Shown one piece after another: positions 38,712 through 47,218 of a stretch of DNA of 64,000 bases (its first letter is position 1; every line of letters starts with the position of its first letter). Location of the stretch: the IMG/VR virus record IMGVR_UViG_3300050159_000048; one strand, given 5' to 3'. The notes below the pieces were generated by a model, which saw only the letters and a list, made by a program, of their open reading frames with translations, had not been told where the DNA came from and did no database searches. The translations under genes and the position numbers were made by a program. This stretch comes from a virus (Duplodnaviria; Caudoviricetes).

Positions 38712-39192
38712 ACTCATGATTGATCTTGAGTTTGCTGATAGCGTCCGCAATATCTGGTAGGGTTTTTTCGTCCAAGTCGCCAATGTCATACGAGAGTGTG
38801 ACGTGCGTTTTGTATTCGGGGAAGTCGTAGGTGGCATCATGCTCGTCCATCAATTCCTTATGGCGATCGTTTAGCTCCTCACATTTGAACTTCATTACCA
38901 AGCAGCGCTTTGGTTCTTCGTCACGAAGCTTTCCTTTTGACTCCCACACCTCCAACCCAACAGGAGTACCGATCCAAGCTGGATCAATGTCACCCTGTGG
39001 CTCATAATCTGGACAGTGTTTGCGACTGTACAGAACTGTGCAGTGCAGTTTTTCTGCTGGCACACCGTTTGGGATCTCGTTGTTCTCAATATACTTGCGA
39101 ATGTTGTTGACGGTACTCTCGTCAAACTTCACCGCTGCATATGTACCGGGTTCTGGGCTGTCTTCTTTTTCGAGGAGTTCAAATAGTTTCAT
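38665..39192 (-). CDS. acb1: Anti-CBASS nuclease Acb1 (T4 57B-like 2H phosphodiesterase)
   Basis: YAAVKF, VPAEKLHCTVLYSR, LEVW, ATYDFPEYKTHVTLSY, EDLDLDWA match my recollection of T4 gp57B. Confidence 0.88.
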   Translation of the reverse strand: MKLFELLEKEDSPEPGTYAAVKFDESTVNNIRKYIENNEIPNGVPAEKLHCTVLYSRKHCPDYEPQGDIDPAWIGTPVGLEVWESKGKLRDEEPKRCLVMKFKCEELNDRHKELMDEHDATYDFPEYKTHVTLSYDIGDLDEKTLPDIADAISKLKINHEYGEDLDLDWAAKTKS

Positions 39193-39206
39193 TATTCACT
39201 TTTCGT

Positions 39207-40313
39207 TCACACCGGTTCAAATCCAGTGCGGCCCTCTTTCAATGTGTTAGGGATCACGGGTTGTCCATACATCCAGTGTCTGGTTGTATTGACGTGGCCT
39301 TTGCGAACGTATTTACCGACCATTTGTTTGAACTGACTGAAGTGGAAAGGCTCGTCAACACGAATGACATAGCCTTCAACCTCGCCTCTGGCGGCTTCGC
39401 GTTGCTGCTTCAGGGTGCTATATGATTGCTCAATCTTGGCTCGATCATACTCGCCCCAGTAAATCACCGGGCATGGAGTGACGCCAAGCAGTTCATACCA
39501 CTGCAGCGTGTCTTGCCAGGTCAGGATGTGATTTGTGTCATCCCACATGGCAAAACCATACGCATATGTTTCGAGGTCAACATATGTAATCGAGTGCTTT
39601 GCGTACATATTTTCGACGCTGAGCCTCCAACCTTCTGGAATGTCGTGTTGGAACTGAGAGGCGAACGCACGGATCCAATCACGAGACGGGTGTCCACCAG
39701 AAGTGACGGAGCGAGCATGCATGTAATCGTTGTAGATTGACGTGTTTTCACCGTCCAATTTCTCCATCACGACAACCTTTCGGCCTTCGAAGATGGAAAC
39801 GTCTGGCATCATACGATCGTCATCGTGCATGCCCGGAGACCACGGCAAATGGAAGGTTCGGGGGTATTTGACGTACTTGACAAAATCCCCAATCACGCCA
39901 CCTTCAGTCAGAACCTTTTGGACGCTCTCGTCGTTAAACAGTTCGCCCCGCAGCCTGCGATTATCGTCAAGGATTACATTACCCCACTTATCGTATACGG
40001 TGTCGGTGTACATATGGGGAGGGAGGATTGGTTTGGTGATGCCGGCATATTCCCGAATTTGCTCAACAGTGATCTGAGTTCGTTCACACGCAAGGTGATG
40101 CTCGGAACATACGGATGCACCGTTGTTCAAGTGATATCCCTGACAATCACCAAACAACCTTCGCTCAATTATATGATGGGCATCAACCGCTGGTGCCCCA
40201 CACACAACGCAGCGGTAAGCGTCACGTTGGAATGTATGCTCACGAAACTGATCACGTGTCAGTCGTTGATTGGTGGTGCAGCACGAGCTTGCACCAGCTG
40301 ATAAATTGCTCAT
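39207..40313 (-). CDS. ATP-dependent RNA ligase with N-terminal HNH-like Zn domain
   Basis: CVVCG...DAHHI...CSEHH domain; KYPRTFHL, EKLDGEN, EGYVIR, KYVR nucleotidyltransferase motifs; start uncertain. Confidence 0.85.
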   Translation of the reverse strand: MSNLSAGASSCCTTNQRLTRDQFREHTFQRDAYRCVVCGAPAVDAHHIIERRLFGDCQGYHLNNGASVCSEHHLACERTQITVEQIREYAGITKPILPPHMYTDTVYDKWGNVILDDNRRLRGELFNDESVQKVLTEGGVIGDFVKYVKYPRTFHLPWSPGMHDDDRMMPDVSIFEGRKVVVMEKLDGENTSIYNDYMHARSVTSGGHPSRDWIRAFASQFQHDIPEGWRLSVENMYAKHSITYVDLETYAYGFAMWDDTNHILTWQDTLQWYELLGVTPCPVIYWGEYDRAKIEQSYSTLKQQREAARGEVEGYVIRVDEPFHFSQFKQMVGKYVRKGHVNTTRHWMYGQPVIPNTLKEGRTGFEPV

Positions 40314-40995
40314 CTGTCATATCTCGTTTCATTACGTTGATCATTTTATGCACCCACTGAACATTGTCAACAGTATACCCTTTTGTTGAATCTATTCTAT
40401 CTAGTGAGGCAGTGCATTTCTTATTCCAAGCTGTTCCAAATTCAATATCCACCCCGCTTAACGCACATCGTTTTTGTTGGGCTACAAAAATATCCCAACC
40501 TTCCTGGGGGGTTAGTTCAAACGGAATATTTCGCTTCGCCGCACCACATTTCCACCCACCCCATCGTGATCCGTATATTTCTTCATACCCTGTAAACGAG
40601 GCTTGGCGGCCATTGTTTTGTCGAACTTGATGGAAGGCAGCACATCCTGGGACTCCACAAGTTTTTCTACCGCCGTTGATAATCTTTCTTGTGACATCTT
40701 GGACAGGATTCCCACATTCACAACGACCAATGATATTCCATTCATGATACTTGTCATTGTAAATGAAGGCCTCAACAGTAATGGAATTGAACTGTTGACC
40801 AACCAAGGATTGGTCTGGAAGTGTCCGCGGGGGATACTTTCGTCTGAGCGGTAATCCTTGTTCACGTAAGTATCGTTTGATTGGTGCTTCTCCGACCTTA
40901 AGTTGTTTGCATATTTGTGTGACCGGAACGAGAGTGTTGTACAGCTCGTTGATTAGCTGCTGTTCTTGTTCTGTGAACTGACGTAGTGGTTGCAT
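40252..40995 (-). mobile_element. Free-standing HNH-type homing endonuclease
   Basis: HTH-like N-terminus, CECGN, CALSG, SLDRIDSTKGYTVDNVQWVHKMINVMK. Confidence 0.85.
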
Positions 40996-41022
40996 GTGGT
41001 GTTCCGTTCAAGACGTTGAAGG

Positions 41023-41028
41023 TATTTA
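41023..41028 (-). promoter_or_regulatory. TAAATA late promoter for the HNH endonuclease
   Basis: caTAAATAc, 27 nt before ATG 40995. Confidence 0.6.
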
Positions 41029-41075
41029 TGCAACTCCCTTCTGAACTACCAATCATTTGCGTCACTTAAATTCTC

Positions 41076-41201
41076 TTATTTGAACAGCCGACGTTCAATA
41101 ATGTGGTGAGCATCAACAGCCGCAGCGCCACAAACAACGCATTTGTGGTGATCGCGGTTGAATACGCTTTCGCGGAAGACGTCTCTGGATAGTAGTATCA
41201 T
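41076..41201 (-). pseudogene. Orphan 5' stub of the RNA ligase gene (41 aa)
   Basis: MILLSRDVFRESVFNRDHHKCVVCGAAAVDAHHIIERRLFK*; 28/37 aa identical to the N-terminus of 39207-40313. Confidence 0.88.
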
Positions 41202-41226
41202 GGTAGTTTTCTGGATTTTGTTAAGG

Positions 41227-41255
41227 ATGATACGGTATCACCCAAGGTCAAGCAA
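41227..41255 (-). promoter_or_regulatory. Sigma70-type promoter
   Basis: TTGCTT-17-TATCAT upstream of the stub. Confidence 0.55.
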
Positions 41256-41275
41256 CTACCAAAGATTACTAGTAA

Positions 41276-41521
41276 TTACAACCGCTTGATATCTGCGCCA
41301 ACAATAGTGCATTCAAACGTGTCTTCTGACAGCTTCTTGGTCACACGCACGCCATACAGATCAATGTCGTCTGTTTCGATTTTGTCAATTGTGCTGCCAA
41401 CAGTCGCATTACCTTTGATGTTGACGGTCGTCCAAGAGTGGCCAGTAATCTCACGCGTGCCGTTGGGGTGGATCTTTTCTACTGCGTTGAGAACAGGTTT
41501 AGTGAGGATTTCGTAAGTCAT
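41276..41521 (-). CDS. Hypothetical protein
   Basis: 81 aa, ATGA coupling to DHFR. Confidence 0.7.
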   Translation of the reverse strand: MTYEILTKPVLNAVEKIHPNGTREITGHSWTTVNIKGNATVGSTIDKIETDDIDLYGVRVTKKLSEDTFECTIVGADIKRL

Positions 41522-42228
41522 TTGCGTCTCCAGACCGTAAAGCGCAAGTCAGGAGCGCTTTCAGCCTTAAACATTTTGTCCATGTTGAAGTGTTTGAGCA
41601 CATAGTTCACGGGGAAGAACAGATCAGCTTCAACATCCTTGTTTACCACAGTGATGTACGCCGTATCCGCTTTCGCGATTCCCTCACGATATATGCGCTC
41701 GCCGCCGATGAAGAACACCATCTTACTGATGTCCTCATCGATGATGTACTTATCAACCTCCCCAATCGAAGTGACTGCCGTTGCATTATCCCGAGGCAGA
41801 GGACTGGAGGTAACCACAAAACATCTACGGTTAGGTAGCACACTACTTTGTGCCTTGTCGCCAAGACGTTTGTTGATATCATCGTACGTGGCACGACCCA
41901 TCACACAGATTTGGTTCGACGTGGTCTGTTGAAACCACTTGAAATCTTCCGGATAATTCCACGGAATTTCCCCATCTTTGGAGAACCCACCTTTCTCGTC
42001 AACCGCGACAATTGCAGCGTATTGGCGCCGCGGAGCAGTATTGATCTCGTGCTGCGTCAGTTGAGCAAAGTGTGCTGCTTTCATCGCTTCAATTTCATGA
42101 ACGCGTTGTTCGGCTCGGTGCTTGAGACGCGCTTCAAGTTCCACACGCACTTGTTCCTTCTGCTCGGGAGGCATCCCGGTAGTAAACTCTTCAAATGCGC
42201 GTTTTTGATGGTCACTCATCATCGTCAT
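41518..42228 (-). CDS. folA: Dihydrofolate reductase with ~65 aa N-terminal extension
   Basis: AIVAVDEKGG, IPWNYPEDFKWF, VMGRATY, LPNRR, IGGERIY, ADLFFP. Confidence 0.93.
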   Translation of the reverse strand: MTMMSDHQKRAFEEFTTGMPPEQKEQVRVELEARLKHRAEQRVHEIEAMKAAHFAQLTQHEINTAPRRQYAAIVAVDEKGGFSKDGEIPWNYPEDFKWFQQTTSNQICVMGRATYDDINKRLGDKAQSSVLPNRRCFVVTSSPLPRDNATAVTSIGEVDKYIIDEDISKMVFFIGGERIYREGIAKADTAYITVVNKDVEADLFFPVNYVLKHFNMDKMFKAESAPDLRFTVWRRK

Positions 42229-42469
42229 GGGTTTGCAGATCCTCTACGATAGTTCTACGGCGGCGAGCCGGCGGCATGCGAACTGTGTCTTTGTACAGTT
42301 CGTAATATTCGTCAAATTCAGTGTGATCGGTGTTGCGGATGAAGTCCTTGAAGTCCATCAGCTGATCAGATTTTTGATCAGGTGTCAGTTCAGGGAGAGC
42401 CCAAATTTCTTGGCGTCGTCCTTCTAGAATGATACTGTACTTACTGCTAACACCATCACCGTGAATCAT
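42212..42469 (-). CDS. Hypothetical protein
   Basis: 85 aa, ATGA coupling upstream. Confidence 0.65.
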   Translation of the reverse strand: MIHGDGVSSKYSIILEGRRQEIWALPELTPDQKSDQLMDFKDFIRNTDHTEFDEYYELYKDTVRMPPARRRRTIVEDLQTHDDDE

Positions 42470-42876
42470 ACGAAATCTTGCTCCATTATTGGGTTCCTGA
42501 GACAGGCCATCATGCTGATCCGCGCCTCTTCGTACCGCGGATCGTGATGAAGGATATTCTCCCGCATCTGCGGCGTTAAGTCAAGGAAGTAACGATCAAC
42601 GGACAGGCCGCACAGACCGCACCCCAGCAGGTGCGCTACAGATAAGAAACGAAATTGTTGCCGTCCAACCTGTACGATATGGCGAACATTCCTAACCACC
42701 GGTTGTTTTTCAGCCATTAGCTTTGATGCAAACTGAGCGGCAGCTAATTCTGCTGCTCTTGCGGTTGGTCCAATGTATACGTATTGGTTAGATGGATCGC
42801 CAAGATCCACCTCACCCATCAATAGATCAACATATTGAGTTGTTTGTTCATGATTCTTTTTCACGTAATGTGTCAT
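42466..42876 (-). CDS. Hypothetical protein
   Basis: 136 aa, ATGA coupling upstream. Confidence 0.65.
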   Translation of the reverse strand: MTHYVKKNHEQTTQYVDLLMGEVDLGDPSNQYVYIGPTARAAELAAAQFASKLMAEKQPVVRNVRHIVQVGRQQFRFLSVAHLLGCGLCGLSVDRYFLDLTPQMRENILHHDPRYEEARISMMACLRNPIMEQDFV

Positions 42877-43673
42877 AGCATAGCCTTCAGTTCGTCTTGA
42901 GAAATTACAGTAACGCCCAAATCGCGCGCCTTCACTGCTTTCCCAGATGTGCTGTTGGGCTCTGCTGTGACCAGATACGTGGTCTTGCTGCTAACTCCGG
43001 TGCTCATCACACCACCCACATCAACGATTTGCGCTTCTAGTTCTTTGGAGCGGAACCCAGTGAACACGAACGACTTACCAGACAGATGGCCTTGTTTCTT
43101 CGCAACGAATGCGGCGATCGACACATACTTATCAATCGCGCTAAGGAACTTCAAGAAAGTGGGGTAGCCAGCAACAATCTTCTTGGCCGTCTTGACGTCG
43201 AAGCCTTCCACAGCAACGATTGCATTCAGATCGGCACACTTTGCCATATCACCAGCAAATGCTTCTTCCAGTTTCTTCATCTTTCGCACCCCAACGCCGC
43301 GTCCGAACGCGGCGCACGATCCCATCAGCACGTGCATCGGGATGTTGGTGAAACGCTCGCGCATGTTGGTGAAAATCTTCTTACCAATTGCCATACTACC
43401 GACCAAGCTGCCGATGTCTTCCAGCGTCAGAGGAATGATCTTTTCAGGAGTATCGAACCCCATGTCGAACATTTGGCGCAGATTGCCTTCACCGAGGTGA
43501 GGGATGTCAACGGATGAGAAGAAGTCAACCAGACGTTCAAACCGAGCAGTTTCGTTGTTTGCAGCATCAACGGCTACTGCATCGACCCCTGTCTCATTCC
43601 AATGCCAATCACCTAGGTTATCCAGTTGAGCGTTAAACCATGTTTCGTATGCTTGTTTGTATTCGGGGGTCAT
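42873..43673 (-). CDS. ligA: NAD-dependent DNA ligase, C-terminal piece (HhH + BRCT)
   Basis: WHWNETGVD, IPHLGEG, GRGVGVRK and VEGFDVKTA HhH motifs, BRCT LSGKSFVFTGFR...GG...VSSKTTYLV...K..KA..LGV; own GGAG RBS. Confidence 0.88.
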   Translation of the reverse strand: MTPEYKQAYETWFNAQLDNLGDWHWNETGVDAVAVDAANNETARFERLVDFFSSVDIPHLGEGNLRQMFDMGFDTPEKIIPLTLEDIGSLVGSMAIGKKIFTNMRERFTNIPMHVLMGSCAAFGRGVGVRKMKKLEEAFAGDMAKCADLNAIVAVEGFDVKTAKKIVAGYPTFLKFLSAIDKYVSIAAFVAKKQGHLSGKSFVFTGFRSKELEAQIVDVGGVMSTGVSSKTTYLVTAEPNSTSGKAVKARDLGVTVISQDELKAML

Positions 43674-43684
43674 GGGGTTCTCCA

Positions 43685-43690
43685 TAAATA
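43685..43690 (+). promoter_or_regulatory. TAAATA late promoter for the endonuclease
   Basis: caTAAATAa upstream of ATG 43747. Confidence 0.55.
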
Positions 43691-43715
43691 AACGGAATGA
43701 CATCACTTACCGTGT

Positions 43716-43744
43716 AGTATACGGTTGAATTTCGAAAAGATCAA
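43716..43744 (-). promoter_or_regulatory. Sigma70-type promoter for the ligA C-terminal piece
   Basis: TTGATC-17-TATACT, 42 nt before ATG 43673. Confidence 0.7.
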
Positions 43745-43746
43745 CA

Positions 43747-44490
43747 ATGAAACGACTAACATTTGACCAATTTGTCCAAAAGAGTAGGCTCATACATGGG
43801 GACAAATATCAGTACACGACCTATCATAAGAATTCTGTTAAGACAGAAATAATTTGCCCCAACCACGGATCATTTTGGCAACGACCACTGGATCACATGC
43901 GTAGCGATGGTTGTCCAGTGTGTAAGTTTGAACACCTTGCTTCACTAAAGCGTGGAAATGTTGCATCGTTTATTAAGCGTGCTATTAATGTGCACGGAGA
44001 CGTATACGATTATTCGCAAGTAATATATGTGAACGCTATTACGCCTGTTGAAATAATTTGTCCCAACCACGGATCATTTTGGCAAACTCCTGATAAGCAC
44101 ACTTCAGGCCAAACTCGCTGTCCCAAATGTTCACAACAATCGTCGCATGGAGAGGCTGAGATTGAAAGGTGGTTAGACCAGCACGGTATTCAATACGAAC
44201 GAGAGAAGCGGTTCGATGATTTGTGTGGTAGTACCCCAAATTCACGGCTGCGGTATGACTTCTTCTTACCAGCTTACAACATGCTGGTAGAGTTTGATGG
44301 CGAACAGCACTTTACCCCGGTTCGTACAAAGGGTAAGCTATCAACCGAGCAGGCTGTCGTCAAACATCAACGTACAGTTGAAAACGACGGTAAGAAAACA
44401 GCGTATGCGGAGAAGCATGGGTATCAGCTTCTCCGCATACGATATGACCAGGACATCAATTCTCACCTTGCAGCGCGGGTGCGGTTATAG
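43747..44490 (+). mobile_element. Free-standing endonuclease (two DUF723-like Zn repeats + Vsr/DUF559-like PD-(D/E)xK domain)
   Basis: HGDKY.Y...EIICPNHGSFWQ...CP.C x2; SHGEAEI, YDFFLP, VEFDGEQHF, LLRIRY. Confidence 0.85.
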
Positions 44491-44774
44491 TGGGCGTGAT
44501 TTCGTTTGAAGTGTTCGACCTTTCGGCATGTATGTGCTTGATGTTAATGAGGGCAATTGGTATGTTGCCATACACACTACCTGTACCGATCCATTCATCC
44601 TTCTCATACAACTCCATTTGCATTTCTGGTGTCGGTCGACAACCATCCATCCTAACAGTAACCTTTGCGTCACCCAAGTGTGGTTTTGCTTCCCGAAACC
44701 ACACTTTAATTTGACAAGCAGGGCTGGTGAGAGGGGGACATTGCCAATACCAGAGCGTATAGTGTCTTTTTCAT
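44456..44774 (-). pseudogene. Frameshifted small exported protein
   Basis: ATG 44774 overlaps the ligA-N stop (ATGA) after GGAG; MKKTLYALVLAMS then a C5 run (44733-44737); removing one C joins it to PLTSPACQIKVWFREAK... (ORF 44456-44704). Confidence 0.55.
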
Positions 44775-45964
44775 TTCATATTCTCCAAGGGCATGGGTTC
44801 AATGCACCGCAAAATTTGCGGAATGACATCGCCCGCGCGGGTAATTTCAATCTTGGCTCCAGGACCGATGCCGTTGTCCTTGATGAACTTAGCATTAAAG
44901 CCAGTCAGGTTGGAAATGGTGACGCCAACCAGATCAACCGGATGAATCTGAACGCGCGGCTTGTAGTAGCCATCCTTCGACACGTTCCACTCAACTTGTC
45001 GCACGGTAGCAACAGCAAGGTTTGATGAGTCAGCAACCTTGAACTTGACCGCGTATTCTGGATTCAGCTCATCGGTTGCCAGGCGAGCGCGGGTTGCTGC
45101 TGCGTCGATGTCAATCACAATACCGTCAATTTCGTATTCCGTAACAGCCCGACGGTCGTTCAGCAGCTTGGTCAGGCGATCGTCGTTCCAATAGTCGGCT
45201 TGACCAATTGAGTATTCAGCAACCTTGAAGCCCCACTTTGCCAATTGTTCAAGTTGGTCAACCTTGGCCATCTTGCTGCCAACAATTTCGTACGCGACCG
45301 TATCAATCGCAGTGTACACTTCGGGATGGTTCTCCGACGAATTCATCAAGCCGGAGACCATGTTGCGGGGATTTTTGTAGATTCGGCCACCACGCGCAAA
45401 CTTGCCGGTATTGATTCGACTAAATGATGCAGGGGAGATGATGTTTTCCGCACGAATCGTCACCGTGTCGCCAGTCAAGTTTGTGATTTGCTTGGGGACA
45501 TTGTGAATTTTAGAAACGTGCCGTGTGATATCTGCACCCTCTTCGCCGTCGCCGCGTGAATATGCGATTTGCAGCTTGCCGTCAGTGTCGTACACAAGCA
45601 TTGCGCTTGCACCGTCCAACTTATCGCTGATCACAATCAGATCGGTTGTCAGACCATGTTTGGCAATCCACCTGACGTAATCGCCTTGGTACACTTGATT
45701 CAGTGAGCCCATCTTGTATGGCAGCTTGATTTTTCCACCACGAACTGCACTACCAATGCCAGTGAAGTAGGCATCAGCAGGACTGGTCTTCTGAGCGTAC
45801 TGCTTCAGAGCGTCGTACTGGTTATCTTCCATCAAAGGCTCTTGATCATTGAAGAACGCGTCATCCGCTGCTTTGAGCAACTCAATAACCGTGGCAATTT
45901 CAACGTCTTCGTATGAGCCGAAAACGAACATTTCTTCAACAAGGCGCTTATGATCAGTAGACAT
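44771..45964 (-). CDS. ligA: NAD-dependent DNA ligase, N-terminal piece (Ia + adenylation + OB)
   Basis: DNQYDAL, motif I KLDGAS, YSRGDG, NPRNMVSG, EIDGIVI, motif VI RAGDVIPQI, stop 11 codons later. Confidence 0.93.
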   Translation of the reverse strand: MSTDHKRLVEEMFVFGSYEDVEIATVIELLKAADDAFFNDQEPLMEDNQYDALKQYAQKTSPADAYFTGIGSAVRGGKIKLPYKMGSLNQVYQGDYVRWIAKHGLTTDLIVISDKLDGASAMLVYDTDGKLQIAYSRGDGEEGADITRHVSKIHNVPKQITNLTGDTVTIRAENIISPASFSRINTGKFARGGRIYKNPRNMVSGLMNSSENHPEVYTAIDTVAYEIVGSKMAKVDQLEQLAKWGFKVAEYSIGQADYWNDDRLTKLLNDRRAVTEYEIDGIVIDIDAAATRARLATDELNPEYAVKFKVADSSNLAVATVRQVEWNVSKDGYYKPRVQIHPVDLVGVTISNLTGFNAKFIKDNGIGPGAKIEITRAGDVIPQILRCIEPMPLENMK

Positions 45965-45980
45965 GGGTTCTCCAAACGAA

Positions 45981-46012
45981 AAGAGGACGGATGCTGAATT
46001 ATCCGTCCTCTT
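45981..46012 (-). terminator. Hairpin/terminator after thyA
   Basis: AAGAGGACGGAT-8 nt-ATCCGTCCTCTT followed by a U-rich tail on the minus strand. Confidence 0.65.
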
Positions 46013-46029
46013 CGTGGATATGTCAACGC

Positions 46030-47043
46030 TTACACTGCGACGTCCATAGTGATCGTTGGGTGTGATTGATAACCTTCAATAACAAAGTCTTCATATTTGA
46101 AGTCATCGATGTCAGAGACAGGTCGGGTGAACTTGAACTTTGGAGGATCGTACGAATCCAACAGGAGTTGGCCACGCAGTTTGTCCACATGATTTTCGTA
46201 GATGTGAACATCGCCGCCATTCCACACAAAGTCTCCAGGGACCATGTTTGCAACTTCACACAACATTCGCAGTAAGATGCTGTATTGGACGATGTTGAAC
46301 GGCACACCGAGACCCACGTCACATGAGCGCTGATTCAACATCAAAGACAACTCATACCGCGGAATGTTGGCATCATCGAGCCAGGCAGACACATCTGACT
46401 CATTATCCAGAACGTCGTTGAGGCTGTATGTCTTACCAGCAATCTTCATCCGCTCCACTTCTGTTAGAGGACGAGCGTAACATTGGAATGTGTAGTGACA
46501 CGGAGGTAGAGCTTGGTTGCCCATAGCCACATTCTGATCAAACGACAGTGATGTATCAGGTAGAACTGAGGGATTCCAGCCAGTCACAATCATCCGACGA
46601 TCTTCTGGGTTGGTGCGTAGGAGATGAACCAGTCGACCAATTTGATCAATTGGTTGTTCATCGACATAGAACAGAGGTTCATCCGCTGGATTATCAAACT
46701 CTGTGATCACGTAATTGGGCCAGCTGCGCCACATAACACCATACACTGGACCGAGCTGACCGGACTTATCAGCCCACTCATCCCAGATCGTGACATTGTG
46801 CTCCTTGAGATAGCTGATGTCACCAGTGCCCATCATATACCACAAGATTTCACGAACGATACCGCGGGTGAACATCTTCTTTGTGGTCAGCATTGGGATA
46901 GTGCCGTCTCGCAGATTGAACCGCATTTGGTATCCAAAAACCGAACGGGCGGGTTTACCTGTCCGGTTTTGTTTAACAATGCCGTTATCTAAGACGTACT
47001 GTACCAAATCGTGGTATTGCTTATCGTGTTTATTTAGAGTCAT
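46030..47043 (-). CDS. thyA: Thymidylate synthase
   Basis: TTKKM, IWDEWA, LGPVYG, RRMIV, ALPPCH, QRSCDVGLGVPFNI, HIYENH. Confidence 0.97.
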   Translation of the reverse strand: MTLNKHDKQYHDLVQYVLDNGIVKQNRTGKPARSVFGYQMRFNLRDGTIPMLTTKKMFTRGIVREILWYMMGTGDISYLKEHNVTIWDEWADKSGQLGPVYGVMWRSWPNYVITEFDNPADEPLFYVDEQPIDQIGRLVHLLRTNPEDRRMIVTGWNPSVLPDTSLSFDQNVAMGNQALPPCHYTFQCYARPLTEVERMKIAGKTYSLNDVLDNESDVSAWLDDANIPRYELSLMLNQRSCDVGLGVPFNIVQYSILLRMLCEVANMVPGDFVWNGGDVHIYENHVDKLRGQLLLDSYDPPKFKFTRPVSDIDDFKYEDFVIEGYQSHPTITMDVAV

Positions 47044-47218
47044 TTTTCACTACAAAGAGTACGTCGTCCCGTACCCACTTTTTCCAGGTTCCGACGATCG
47101 TGTCCACAGGCGTAACCTCGTGGACAATATCAACACGCTTACTGGGGAGGGTATTGGTGGCGGTCCTCCCCGTCTTGCGCACCTCTACGTTGTCGTAGAC
47201 GTATGTTACTTCACTCAT
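47030..47218 (-). CDS. Small hypothetical protein
   Basis: 62 aa, ATGA coupling to thg1. Confidence 0.7.
   Translation of the reverse strand: MSEVTYVYDNVEVRKTGRTATNTLPSKRVDIVHEVTPVDTIVGTWKKWVRDDVLFVVKNDSK

Noticed and set aside
40314-41075. Intron in the RNA ligase gene
   Set aside because: The downstream copy already contains the whole N-terminal region, and no intron core is seen.
43674-44790. Group I or II intron in ligA
   Set aside because: No P7/R-S core or domain V is visible, no junction fits both U|...G| rules, the insert holds an antisense ORF, and the downstream piece has its own promoter and RBS.
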